A stretch of DNA of 64,000 bases from Yuukianura sp. NJ FZ-2021 (taxonomy: Eukaryota), in contig CM102290.1 in assembly GCA_046563655.1 (NCBI GenBank), forward strand, positions 5,518,001-5,582,000, read 5' to 3'. Every line of letters begins with the position of its first letter. Position 1 is the first letter of the stretch. Made by a program: the position numbers and the translations under genes. Below the pieces are notes generated by a model. It had not been told where the DNA came from. It searched no databases and worked only from the letters and a program-made list of their open reading frames with translations. Below are positions 1 through 12,924 of the stretch, piece by piece.

Positions 1-1944
1 TTCACTCTCGTGTCCAAATGGACCTTTTCAATTTCCAGTTTCTCCCTGGGCGGAATTTAAAAGTACAGAGTGTATTCTGTACCTGGTCCAAACATTCATC
101 ACGTCTCTCTCCTTGTTGGAAAGTGAAAAGAGCATTGGAAAGTCGATGAAAGGGGAACTCCATTGGATTATTCCGCTGCATTTCAAATATCCGGCATATC
201 ACTCCTCCTCCCAACCACTCCACCAGCCTAACCCTAATGCTCACAGACTTTGGACCAAAAAGCTTTTGCCCAAATTGCTTTTTTCCTACTCTGTTCCCAA
301 TGTGCTAAAATTTTCATGGACTTTCCTCAACCATCATCTCAAGTGGAGCAGCTCCAGACGGCGATAAATGTCATCTTTGTTTTGGAGGTGGGGCAGGAGA
401 GCTGAGAGTGTCAACGGTGAATGAATCATTCCGCCCCACCAAAACTTCCGCCCCACCAAAAAACTTTGGCCCCACTCTGGATTTGAAAGAATTGGAGAAA
501 GTAATTCCGGAGAAAGTCTTTTGAAAAGTGAGGGATTTCTCAATAAATCTCCAATTTATCGAGAGGATCCTAATCAAAGGGAGGAACTTTTTGAGCAGAC
601 GGGACTTTTGGACCCACCGAAGTGGAGTGAAGGAAGGGTGGCTGTTGGTGGGGCAGAGGAGGGTGGGGCGGGTGGACGTGCTCTGGAAGTAATTGAAGTT
701 GGTTTGTCTTAAGACCACTTTCCCTGATCACTTACTGTGAAATTAAAGTTAGGAATGAGGAGACAAATGAGCTCTAATACCTTCCCCCCTCCTCATCGCC
801 CAAATAAATCTCAAACTTCCGCAAACACATTTTCAAAAAGTTTGGAAAAAAAAAGTTTTCGAAAAAGTTTTTTAACTTTGAAAAAAAAAACGTTTAGCCA
901 TGAAACTGGAATTCTGAAATTTAGTTTCTAATTTGAAAATTATGCTTGTGGCTTTATTTGATGATGGGAGTTTGATTAGGCGTCCTTGACATTTGATGTG
1001 ACATGAAAGGGGGGGGGTTCAGAAGATGAGTTGGAGGGGGGGGGGTGAGCTCAGCCGCACCATTACGGGTGCGGCAACATTCAATAAAATAATGATTGAA
1101 AAGTAATCAGGCGGAAAAGGCAAATTGATTTTACGCCAAAACAGCTCCTAAATCTTGGTCGCATCCCAAACCTAATGTCATAGAAACCTAACCACGTGCC
1201 TCTTAGCCTAACCTTAGCCTAACTCCAAAACTAACGCCATAAATACCAATCTCTTTCATTACTCAACCAAAGACACTGAAAATGCACCAATCATCTTCCA
1301 AGAAACATTTGACCTTGACCTTTGACCTCCGGAGATCAAAATTAAAATAAACATCTAGTTACAAAAATTGAAGTGAAAATATTCAAAATTATTTTTTTAA
1401 AAAGTTATGTCTAATTGTCGAATTCAATTTTTCAGAGAGATGAGTTTGAAAATCAGGAGAAAGTTTTTTCTTTCTCCCACTCTTTTTTTTTCTGTTGTGC
1501 GATGATGTTTTTTTGGAAAGTGAAGGGAGCAGAGGACTTGTGGGATCAAAAGTGAAACAAAGTTTTGTTGCGAGTGTCAAGAGATGAGAATTCCATGGAA
1601 AATTTGTTTTCAATTTGATAGTATGGGTGGTCCCCGAAGGAGAGGCGCCTCCAGCCACCTCCTGCCTCCCTCCCCCTCCTCCCTCCCACTCCCCCTTTAA
1701 TATCGGAAATGCTTTCTGGAGGATCAAAAGACTACTTTCTCCAAATATCACTTTCACCAGATGACCCCTCGCAATTTCCGTAAATTGGACTTCCATTTCC
1801 GTCTCTCCTCCACACTCCGCCTGCCCCTCTGCTGTCACGAGGACACAAACACTCAAACCTTAATAAATATTCACAAATCCAATTCCAATCCTCCTGCTCT
1901 CCCCACTGACAAATCCCTCCCCTCCTCCCCCTAAAAAACTAACT

Positions 1945-2027
1945 GGAGCAGATAGCTCAATGGATAGAGCCTCTGTCCGGTTTGAGAGCGATGTGGGTTC
2001 GAATCCCACTCGCTTTCATTATTTTTC
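1945..2027 (+). mobile_element. tRNA-derived SINE / tRNA pseudogene, copy 1 of a family
   Basis: A-box-like TAGCTCAATGG, B-box GGTTCGAATCCC and a T-rich tail. Acceptor and anticodon stems do not pair properly. Close relatives at 22243-22321 and 47054-47143. Confidence 0.7.
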
Positions 2028-3709
2028 TGGCCTGTTCTTTGTTTCAACTATGTTCCTGTCCAACCTCCTCACAGTGTAAAAGTGCTAAAGTGTCAAAAAT
2101 TAAACGTTTGCGAGAATTCAGCGATGATTGCCACAGCGCAGGCGCAAAGCGATAGCCTCCGGCGCTGGTGTGAATGTGGAAGTTGTGATATTTTGATAGA
2201 ATGAAATATTTTGACAGGTCCAGGGGCTTTGGTGGGACATAATTTCGGTGGAGCGAGGAGTCAGTGGGAGATTTGTATCAATTTTTCCTGTCAGGATTTC
2301 TCCAGAGAGCGGAGTCTCAAATGGAACTGGAGAAACGGAGAGCGGGAGAAAGTAAATCCTGGGAGCAGTGGCTAGTTATTGTTCTTGGAATTAGAAAAAG
2401 GAACTTTTAGTCCAACCACAACTAAAACTGTCACTTCCAACTCACAACACAAATGGGCAGACGAATGTCCAGAAATGTACAGCATGTCCAGAAATGGAAG
2501 TTGGCCATAACTTGGTCCATCTCGGGAGAAATATGGCGGGAGAAAGTGGATGTTGGTCTACACAGCTGTTGCACCTTCCGTTCCTTATGACACATTAAAT
2601 CACTTCTCCTGTGACCAACAATCCAAATGGTTCAATTCCCCTACACATGTACAGACCATTTAAAAAAAAACTCATAACGGAAAGTGCAAAAACTTTTTCT
2701 GAAGTCCAAGTTTTTAAAAATCCGTTTCAAAAATCAAGAGTTTTCTTGTTTTTTAAGGTTTAAATTTCGTTGGTGCTTTTTCCGCGGTGACTTTTGTAGT
2801 AAAGGCTTTGTATATTTTTAATATAGAAAAGTTCAATTTGTTTCTGATACCGTGTGGTGAGTTCCCATTCCACTGGAAAAGAGAAAGTCTAATGCACTTA
2901 TGAAGCACAAAAACCAATTCCATACATCACCATCCACAAAAACACAATAAATGGACAAAAGCTAATTGAAAACGAAACGAAAAAAAAAACAAATTAAAAT
3001 CACCACCACACGAACCAAATTGGACTCATACGAGACACAAAGCTTCCCTTGTACGATGCACAAAGCTTCCCGGCACAACATTTTAATCTAAGCCTAACCT
3101 AACAAAGTGAGTCTGATTGTTACAAATTGTCAAAATCGAAGTTTCAAAAGTAATTTGTTAATTTTGAAATTTTTTGCAATTTTGTAAAGGGAAATGAGTA
3201 TGTAGTAAAGTTGGGAGTGGGAAAGTACAGCACAAGGCAGGGATGTGGAGGAAGTTGTTTGTGGAGCTTGTGAGTTTGTTGTTGGTGAAAGTTGTGCCAA
3301 TTTCTGGCACTTGGACTTGATTGGATTGGGCACCTTTCAATTTGGACAGAGTTGGGCACAAAGACTTTCCCCCATTTCCTCAACACACACACAAAATCAG
3401 AGTTGGGCAAATGTTTTTTCTTGTTCATAAGGTTGAGTGAAACTGTTGCTGACTGCTAATCCCTTACCACAACCAATTCCACACGGATTTCATGACTTCA
3501 CAACTGCTTCGTACAAGTCTTTTCAAATTAGAGGTAACCATTTCACAATGGTTACTCTTGATGGTTACACGAAAAGGAGGAACTGTAACCATCAAAGACT
3601 AAACTGTAACCACCGCAATTCTACCAAAGGAACATAAAAAGAAACCCAACAATATTTTAAGACCAAAAAATTGAAAGTTTTGTTTTACTGTTTGTGAAAT
3701 TGACCTTTG

Positions 3710-3900
3710 CCATTCCATTGTGGAATGGAGTAACGTAAATGTGGATTACTAAATATGGAATGCACTAAATGTAGATTTAAATGTGGAATGGACTAAATGT
3801 GGATTACTAAATGTAGAATGGACTAAATGTGGAATGGACTGAATGTGGATTAAAAATGTGGAATGGACTAAATGTGGATTACTAAATGTGGATTAAAAAT
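3710..3900. repeat. Degenerate ~16-bp minisatellite (AAATGTGGAATGGACT / AAATGTGGATTACT)
   Basis: Roughly a dozen imperfect units are visible directly. Confidence 0.8.
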
Positions 3901-6900
3901 AGGGGGGTTGGGGTTAGTAAATTGGGGGATGGGTGGGTGGGGAGATGGTTGGTAATGGGTGGTTAACAGTGTTTGTGAATCCAATTAGAGACTTTGTGAT
4001 TTCATTAGTGAAGTTGGTGGAATTAGAAGAGAAAGGGAAAGCTGTGTTCACAAAGAAAGTTGTTAATTTGGGGCTCAAGTGAGTGGGAGAGAAGGGGGGA
4101 GGGGGGCCTTGGGTGGAGGCGAAGGAGGCCTTAATGAAACTTCCCAAGTGGATTTTCAACTCAATTACATGAGGAAGGCCCCCCGGGGGGAGGGGGGCCT
4201 TTGTTTAAGTTGGAATTAGAACAAATTAATCGATGGCTGAATAGACCAAATTGATTAAATCACCCAAAGTCAGAACTGAGACAGACATTAGTTGGACCCA
4301 TTATTTTAATAACCACTGACTGCCATAACTACGTAACCATCCAGTTGAACAGTAACCACCCTTGTCCATTGAGTGTCTATTTAGTGTAGTAACCTTGGTA
4401 ACCTCAAAAGTAAGCATTGGAGACTGACATGATGATTTGGTGGTTGTGAAATTGGATAATTGGTGGGAGAGTCATCCGAGACTCTCCACTCAGCCTAACA
4501 AGTTGCATCAGGCAGTTGGAATCGATCCGGCGGAACAACATAATGATCTCGTCTCTCTGTCCACAAGGGCGCTAATAATGAGGGCTTCAAGCGCTGTGCT
4601 CAAGGAAGTAAACTGTGGCTTTTGGTCACATTTCGGAAGATGATTGAGCGGGATGCTAATTTTGGTGGTTGGAGGAAGAGGAGTGTCCCTGGAGAAAAAC
4701 AAAGTGCTCATTACGCCGCTCCTAGGAAGCGATCCTCCGACCACGTTCAACGAGCAACGAACGCTCTCCAATGGACCATCACCATAATCTCTCCCTTCAC
4801 ACTCACCTTCCGCTCCATCTTCAGCCCTTCCAAATTCAAATTCTAATTAATTCCACCTCATCTTCCCGCCTCTTTACACAAACTTCTTTGAACCAACAAA
4901 ACTGTTTTTCACTCACTTTATTACAAAAGGACTTTGGACGTGACTTTCGGGCGATACAAAGCCGCAAGCGACTTTCAAATTCAAATTTCAATCAAACTGA
5001 AATTTTAACTTGCCAACTAATTCTGTCTTAATCGCTTGCGCTCTTGGCGCGGAAACTAAAAAGTTTTTTTTTTTCAAAATTAGGAAATCTGTTGCATCCA
5101 AAAACAAAATTACAAATTCCTTACAGACACACGAACAATTGGCGGATTTCATTAGTATAAAATAGATAGATTGGGGTTTTTTGAACTGTGAAATGTGTGT
5201 AGCTGATTGGTGTGTGGAGAAACGTCGTTGTTGAATTTGTGTTTGTTTGTGAAAGTGGATTTGAGCGGAATAACGTGAGGTCGTTATAGAGATTTCACTA
5301 AGCCTTTCGGATTGGCATAATAAACCATCTTCTCTCCACAAGAGCCCAATTAAACCCACAACATCCTCCCAAACCACACAAATTTACATTTCCCGCTTTC
5401 ACTCAAATCTCATTATTTCAAACTTAGGTCACGTTAGCTTATTTTACTTTGAAGAAAACAAGTTCAAGTGACCTACAGAGGTCAAACTGAAGAATAGAAA
5501 GTGGAATGAGGTAGGAGCTCATCAGGCGTCTATTGAACGAACACTTTGATTCTGTTTTCCCGCGCTTCCTTTCACTTCCGCTCCAGAATCACATTACCCC
5601 AAACCACCTTCAGTCCAAGTACCCCCCCCCCTTTCACTATTTGTCAGAATTCAAAAGGCTTCATTAGACCCCCCCCCTTCTAACCCCCCCCCCACCTTAA
5701 TTTGGAAAGTTTGAATCCAGCCCTTGAGTCTCTTAAATCCGTGTTGAATTGGGAGGTGGGTTGATCCCTGATTGTGCCGCTTAGCTCCACGTCAACTGCC
5801 TACTTTATCCCACGGAAATTGACTCCGCAAAAGTTAGGTTATGCGGAAGTTAGGCTAAGGACAAAGTAGGCTAGAGTAAAGAGAAAGTTAGGTTAAGGAG
5901 AAAGTTAGGCTAGGTGCAGATCGCTTACCTCAGAACAAAAGCCAGTCGGTGATGAGACGATGGTGGGATAAGGACTAAGTGTCTTCTATGGACTCAATTC
6001 CTCATTACAATAAATCCTCCCTATCTCCAGTCCCAATGCCTCCAGTCGCTTGTCACCACACACCACTAATTCCAATGTCGCTCCGACAATGTCGCCTCAC
6101 GACCAATTTGTGAGAAAACGTGAGGTTGTTGCTTGGTCGACGGCTGGTGACAGACTGAAAAGTTTGAGAAGCGTTGAGCTAAGGTTGTTCAAAGGTTTTG
6201 GCTGGGGAAAGAGACTCATGCGCTTCTGAAACCGAGTCCCCCTCTGCCCAGTTCCAGAGCAAGAGAGAGCAACGCTTTTGTTAGTCCAAGGCCACAAAGG
6301 ATCAAGGGGACCCTTGGACAACACAAAAACAATGTCAAGGGATGCAGGACTTAAGTCAACAAAGGGCTCAAATGATTAGAAAAACGACTTTAGAATTTCT
6401 TGGAAATCGGCTAATCAGCTTTTTTTCAGGCTTTTTAAATAGAATTTTTAAACTTTGGGAACAATTTTCAAGAAACTTGGTAAAATTTTGAAAATTTCTA
6501 CAGAATTTCGAAATTTGCTACAGAATTTTTAAACTTCCGTCAGAATTTTGAAAATTTCGGGGTGACTTGAGAAATGTAGATGACTATCACCTCAAGCATT
6601 TGCAAATTTCGCAACTTTTACTGTTTTTATTGCACTTGCAAAAAAAAAAACGTAGAGTTCCCAGTTCCAAAAAACGAAACGTTGTGTTGACTCGACTTCT
6701 TTTGTGCTAATTTGTGTTGAAAGTGTTAGCACACAAAAGAGCAATTATTCTGCACATAAACTTTTGTACTGTTTATGTTACAGTCATTGTTCACTCTTCC
6801 ATAACTCAAATTCCACTGGCATGACACATTTTCAAATAACCTTTGACCTCATGTCGACTTTTAACTTCTGATTCTAAGAAAAAGACTTTGACTTTGTAAG

Positions 6901-8326
6901 TGTTAAAATGAAAACAAGAGGTTGATATAAGGCAAACGCTGTCAAAACATTCAATGGTGGTAACAAGAGAGAAAAAAAGCCTTACTTCAACCAACATTTG
7001 GAAACTGATGTTTCCAAATGTTAATTTGACTTTTTTGAGAAAAGTTTGAGGATAACACATTGTGTCAACTGCTTTTGGTTTTATGATCCTTGTCTGTTTG
7101 CACATGAGAACACTTTTGTAAAAAGTAACCCCCCCCCCTTCAAAAAAGCCCCCCCCCCCTTCAAAATGTTACCACAAATTATTTCAACAAGGTTCCTGTT
7201 TCTCTATTCATTACGCGTCGCAAAACACATAATTCCCTCTTTTCATCCACACAGTGTCCAAAAACTTCAAAAAATCTTTTGTAATACTAAAGCAGAGGTG
7301 TAAGTCCGCGACACATCAAAAAAAAAAAACTTAAATTCTTTTTTTGTCTCACACTCCTTGAAAACTTATTGTTACATTATAAAACGTGCAATGAGCCAAG
7401 AAAAATTTTGTTGGAAAGTTTGAAACTGGACCCACATTTTTCGGATTCGAGAATAAAAAATTTTTTGGTCAAATTTTTCGAATTTTTTTATGCTCTTACG
7501 ACATTTTAAGACATTTCCAATTGTTTCCGGAAAAAAAATCGAAAAATCGACATCAAGTGGTTGGAGGAAATTCTGGTTAAGTTTGTGGCGAACCCCAGCA
7601 AAAAAGCTTAGCAATCTTGTCTCGACTTAAAAAGTTTTTAAAACAATAAACATAGGGCGGATTGTCAATTTACTAGGAAATATTAAAAGTGGTCCAAGGG
7701 CCCCCTCTGCGTCCCTTAAGGCACTCAAAAATCCAAAGATTTTAAAAGGTTTTTAAAGAGATTAGGGGAATGTGTCATTATCAGCGGAATAGTGGGGGGA
7801 GGGAGCTTTTTAAAATCCACTTTGAAGAAGTTGCAAATGGTTTTAATTAGTGAAGTGAAGTGACTCTGGAGCTAAGTGAAAGGGGGTGGGGCCAAGAGTG
7901 ACTCACCTGAGTGACTAATTACAATTTGGAGTGGTGGGACTTAAGTGCTCATGACGAAGGAGTGTGTGAAAGTGAAAGGTTTCCGTGAAAGTCGTCTCTT
8001 TGTTCCTTCTGGATCCAAATCCAGAACATTAGGTTAATGTAATAGGGCTTCTTTGAGGATTATCAACTCACAGTCATGGAGCTTCTCAAAACCCACACAT
8101 TCAAAACTCAGCTTCAAAGTCCTCTGTTCAAATATGCACACAAAAAATTTTTTGAGTGTTCAAACAATGTCAAACAAAATTGTTACAAAAAAAAACGCAT
8201 GTTTGATTTTCATTTTTAGAGTTTTCCACTGAACACCTTCAAAAAAAATTCATTGGCTAATAACATTTAATTTTTTTTAATTTTGGGATTTTTTTTTTCA
8301 GATTAATTGACAGCCCGTGTTTCTTA

Positions 8327-8400
8327 GGGTCAGATGTCCAGGTGGATTAGAGCTTGTCGCTACCTTGGACGGGCGCGGGTTCAAATCCCGGTGTCGTCGT
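8327..8400 (+). pseudogene. Degenerate tRNA-like/SINE remnant
   Basis: GGTGGATTAGAGC ... CGCGGGTTCAAATCCCG (A/B-box-like), no intact cloverleaf. A similar remnant lies on the minus strand at ~9186-9250. Confidence 0.45.
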
Positions 8401-10292
8401 TCTCCAAAAATGGTTTTTCCACTTTAGAATTTCGTCAGAAGTCAATTTGGAAGTCTGAGGACTCGAAAGTGTCGATTGTGACTTTGTTCGGAGAAAATCT
8501 GCTAAGTCTGACTTTTAGTGAGCTTCGGTATTTGGTTAGGCGGAAGTGCACTCACCTCCCTCTTCGTCTGATTCGTCTGATGTGGTTAAATACATTAGAG
8601 AAACTGCACTTTGGCCCTCTTTGTAAACTTTTGTGCGGGTAAACAAGAGAGGACGAAGGAAGGCTAAGTGCCCGTGCCTATTTGGTTAGTTAGTTTCTCA
8701 AAGACGGCTTAAATGTCTCCGCCCTAGACACACTTAAGTGGACTTTGACAACAAACTAATCGATAGCACTTCCACCCAACACATTTGTTCAAACACGTTC
8801 TCTAACTTTTTAAATTTTAAAAACAAGCGTTTAAAACAAGTTGTGCGATGAGTTGGAGACTGGAAGTGGCTGGAGTTGTGCTCTTTTCCTGGAACTGTAA
8901 TTGAGGCGGTGTTCCAATTATAATTTTGAGGAGGCCATTAGGAAAGTGGTGGGTCGTTGTGCTGACAGCTGCCCACTACAAAGGCTTTTGGGAAATAGGG
9001 GGGAGGGGGTTACGGAACCCCCCCCCCTAAAAGTGGATGGGGGGGGGTCTAGAACGTTTGGGCTAATGGGAACCACTCCTACCAGGACTGAAACTGACAC
9101 CCGCATTAACTAAGAACAACAAAAGCAAAAGTCCATTTCCATTTCAACTTTCACTAAATAAAAAAACTGAAGGACCAAATCAAAGGTTGCGGGATTCGAA
9201 CCCAGGAGTACTCCGATGTCGTATGAGTTATGTCGCCACTTGAACCAATCAGAGCGTACTTTCCACAGTGTATGGATACATGAAGTGGTTCAGCCTTACT
9301 TCAACCAGAGCAGAACGTGTGTGGATACAAGAAGTGGTTCAGCCTTACTTCAACCAGTTGGTTATGTTGAGCTAGATTTTGGCGTTATTTGGTGCCGAGT
9401 GAATTGTAATCCTTGTGAGCCGTAAAAGCATGTGAAGGAGGAAAGTGGTTTTGGTCTGATTAAATTTTTTTTGAGAGATCAAATCAAGGAAATTGGTTCT
9501 TATTTATTGGCTAAAGAATATTGGACGACGCTTCCCTTGTGCCGCCAATTTCCAAATTATGAACTATCCAATTTATTAAACTCCACTCAACTCTTCTACT
9601 CACACTTTTTAATACGCTTTAGTCCCGCCATGACCTCTGACCTACCCATTGGAGATACTTTTTATCCTTGGAGATACTTTTCATCCTGTTTATCCCAGGA
9701 GATATCTCAAAGCCCTAATATTTGAAAGTGTACTCTGACATTGACAGTTTCAAAATGTTTTTGTTTAAAGGAGCCTAAAATCTCCTCCTTTTGTTTGAAC
9801 TTGTGAAAATGAAGATGAAAAACAAAAGGGAGAGGATAAACATCCTGTTTGAAGTAGGATGGAGGATGGTTGGTACTTGGTGATAGAGGCTTTCCAGGAA
9901 CCTCGGACTCACACATTACTGTAAGTATTCTAACTATTTCCTTCTTTTCGTCTTTTTAAACAAATTGTTACAACAATGTTATGAAATTTTATCAATTTTT
10001 ATAAATAAAGTTGACCTTGAACGTGATTAGGACTGAATTTTGATGATGAATTCGTTTTTAGCTTGAGTGAAAGTTTTCAAGTGAGAGAAAGTGAAGAATT
10101 GAGAAAAATGGTTTTCAAATAGTGCTTTGAAACTAATTGAATGAGGAGTTAAATTAATTAAGAGGTGAGTTAGAATTGTAATTTTGAATGTTTAGTTAAT
10201 TAATTGATTAATTAGTGGTGGTGGAACAAGTGAAAGTGAACTGGTGAAAGTGACGCTTCAATTGTGTAGTTGTTCATTAAAAAAGAGGTCCT

Positions 10293-10308
10293 CAGCGCCA
10301 TCTAGCGG
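10293..10308 (-). promoter_or_regulatory. CTCF consensus site (candidate insulator)
   Basis: CAGCGCCATCTAGCGG, reverse complement CCGCTAGATGGCGCTG, a close match to the CTCF core motif, ~220 bp upstream of the DMC1 ATG. Confidence 0.6.
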
Positions 10309-10531
10309 AAAAAAGTCTCAACACGCCCCATTTCAATTTTTTCCCGCTTTTGTTTGTCTTCTTCAAAAACAAAGAAAGGGGAAAACGTTTCAGCTGAGTT
10401 TTCGCAGTATCGCAGTTTCTTGCTTCATCGTTTGATCTTTGACCTTTCGGTTATACGCTTATCAGGATACTGGCAGTATAAACTCCACAATACTGGATAC
10501 TGGATACTTGTAGACTCAACTATACAGTAAG

Positions 10532-12138
10532 ATGTCCAAAGCAAAGAAGCAACAGAAGGTGGTGGAACAGCCAGTCCCAGACGACGAACAGTCCATGGCA
10601 TCCGAATGTGGATCAGCGGACAAGGAAAACGACCAACCGTACTTCCAGGATATCGATCTTCTGCAGGACCATGGGATCGTAAGTGTGTCGTTCATAGTTT
10701 CTACAAGATTAAGAGTAGAAATGACGTAATTGACGATTTTGTAACAATTCGATGACGTTTCCTTTAGAATGTTGCTGACATTAAGAAGTTGAAGGCCGTG
10801 GGGATTTGTACGATCAAGGGGGTTCAGATGTGCACTCGAAAGAAGTTGATCAACGTTAAAGGTCTGTCTGATGCCAAAGTGGATAAGATCAAGGAAGCTT
10901 GTTCCAAGCTGGACGGATCAGTCTTTCTAACGGCTCTTCAATTTTCAGTTAAGAGGAAGCAAGTGTTTCGCATCACTACTGGATCAACGGACCTCGAGTG
11001 AGAAAGGCATAGTTGATTCTAGATGCGGACTTACTACTTAGGAAGTGCTTATTGTTTTTCTTTTGTTTGCAGCCGATTGTTGGGAGGTGGACTGGAGTCG
11101 ATGGCAATTACAGAAGCCTTTGGAGAGTTTCGTACTGGGAAGACCCAGATATCCCACACTCTTTGTGTTACAACACAAATTCCTGGAAACGGCTTCAGTG
11201 GAGGCAAAGCCATCTTCATCGACACTGAAAATACTTTGTAAGTGACAACTTATCCTAGCCTTACTTGAGAAATTCTGATTTATCTTATTTGTTAATTAGC
11301 CGCCCGGATCGTATCAAGGAAATCGCTGAACGATTTCAACTGGATCAGAGCGCAGTTCTGGACAACATTCTGTATGCTCGTGCGTATACTTCTGAGCATC
11401 AAATGGAACTGCTGGACCTTGTTGCCGCCAAATGTCACGAAGAGAGTGGTAAAGTCATTAGTCTAAAATACATTTCCTTGTTGTCTTTGAAGTATCACCG
11501 TTCTCATGATTTCTTTGTTTTTACAGGCGTTTACAAACTGTTGGTAAGATCAGAATATACTCTAATCGATCAATTACTGTGTCGACCAATTACTCTTTTG
11601 GATAAATAGTAAGTGTATGATTTTTTTAGGTCGTGGATTCCGTCATGGCTTTATTTCGAGTGGACTTTAGTGGTCGTGGGGAGTTGTCCGAACGACAACA
11701 GAAGTTGGCTCAGATGTTGTCTCGTCTCCAGAAAATCTCCGAGGAGTACAACATGGCCATCTTCATCACGAATCAAATGACCTCGGATCCAGGAGCTACG
11801 ATGTCATTTCAGGTATTTGGTCTTTTTGTCATCTCATGACCAAATCAGTAGCACAACAGAGTTTAAACGTTAGGATTTCCCCTTTTATAGGCTGATCCAA
11901 AGAAGCCTATCGGTGGAAACATCATTGCTCACGCTTCGACAACTCGCATTTCGCTTCGCAAGGGGCGTGGTGATTCTCGAATTGCTAAAATCTACGACAG
12001 GTGAATACAACATAAATAACGTAAAGTAATTCAATTAGTAATTAACGCCTTAATGTTCATTTATCTAGTCCTGATTTGCCTGAATCTGAAGCCACTTTTG
12101 CAATTACTTTGGGCGGAATTGCTGATTCCAAGGAATGA
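10532..12138 (+). CDS. DMC1: Meiotic recombinase DMC1 (RecA/Rad51 family), 8 exons
   Basis: Exons 10532-10678, 10768-10997, 11073-11237, 11300-11448, 11527-11543, 11630-11812, 11891-12000, 12069-12138, all GT-AG and in frame. [21 protein letters not shown], Walker [12 protein letters not shown]1-type [42 protein letters not shown]. Confidence 0.95.
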
Positions 12139-12924
12139 AAACACTTGCTTGCTCAACTACTCCTGTAAGACTGAAAATTGACATAAGGCTGACAAACTGG
12201 ATATTCATAAAACTGTTTCAATTATTTTAATTTACAGCTTTAAACTTTTAAAATTTAAATTTAAATGCTTTAAATATACTTTTTAATGCTTTAGTACTCG
12301 AAATAGATTTTTAATTTTTTGTGTCACTTCTCCCCATTTGTTGGTTCTTCACTTGTTCGGTGGCGGGAAATTGAAAATATTTGAATTTGAGTGGGAAAAT
12401 AAATCCCGCTAAGGGTTGCTCTAAAAGCTCCTTACGGTATGTTGATCATCACCACTTGCCGAGTTGGGCAAATGTAATAATAATTAATTAAATTTAGAGA
12501 TAAGTTTAATTAACAGTCAATAACTCATAATAAATATTAATTAATTATTTAAGTAACTTAAATAATTAGATGCTTTATTTAAATTTAGTTTTAATTGCTC
12601 ATAGTATAAGTTCGGATGTCTCCCAGGTCTGAAAATAAAGTCAGCTGATTTTTGGCATATTGTAAAGCCGCGCACTGAAACTCTCGTCATTGTCGTTTTG
12701 CTTCTCGTCGTGTGAGGGTGTCCGCCATTTTGCACTTTTTTGCAAAACTGCACTCCGTGCTACCGTGCTGAATTTTCAAAAGCAATCCGAAGTCAATTCG
12801 AGTAACTGTCAATTACTTATAACGTTACTAGTCACCAGGATTTATAGTCTACCAATCAGTGTCAACTGCAGAAACATTAGCAACATTCTTAGTTATCAAT
12901 CAGTCGATCAGTCAATTAGTAGCG

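Noticed and set aside
1945..2027. Functional tRNA genes at the tRNA-like sites
   Set aside because: Acceptor and anticodon stems are broken and the copies diverge from each other throughout.
1..10240. ORF-track ORFs in the first 10 kb (e.g. 1389-1856, 371-718, 4508-4771)
   Set aside because: No recognisable domains, low-complexity composition, mostly non-ATG starts. Small exons of a large gene cannot be excluded.
10532..12138. Calling this gene RAD51
   Set aside because: Diagnostic stretches ([40 protein letters not shown]) are DMC1-type.
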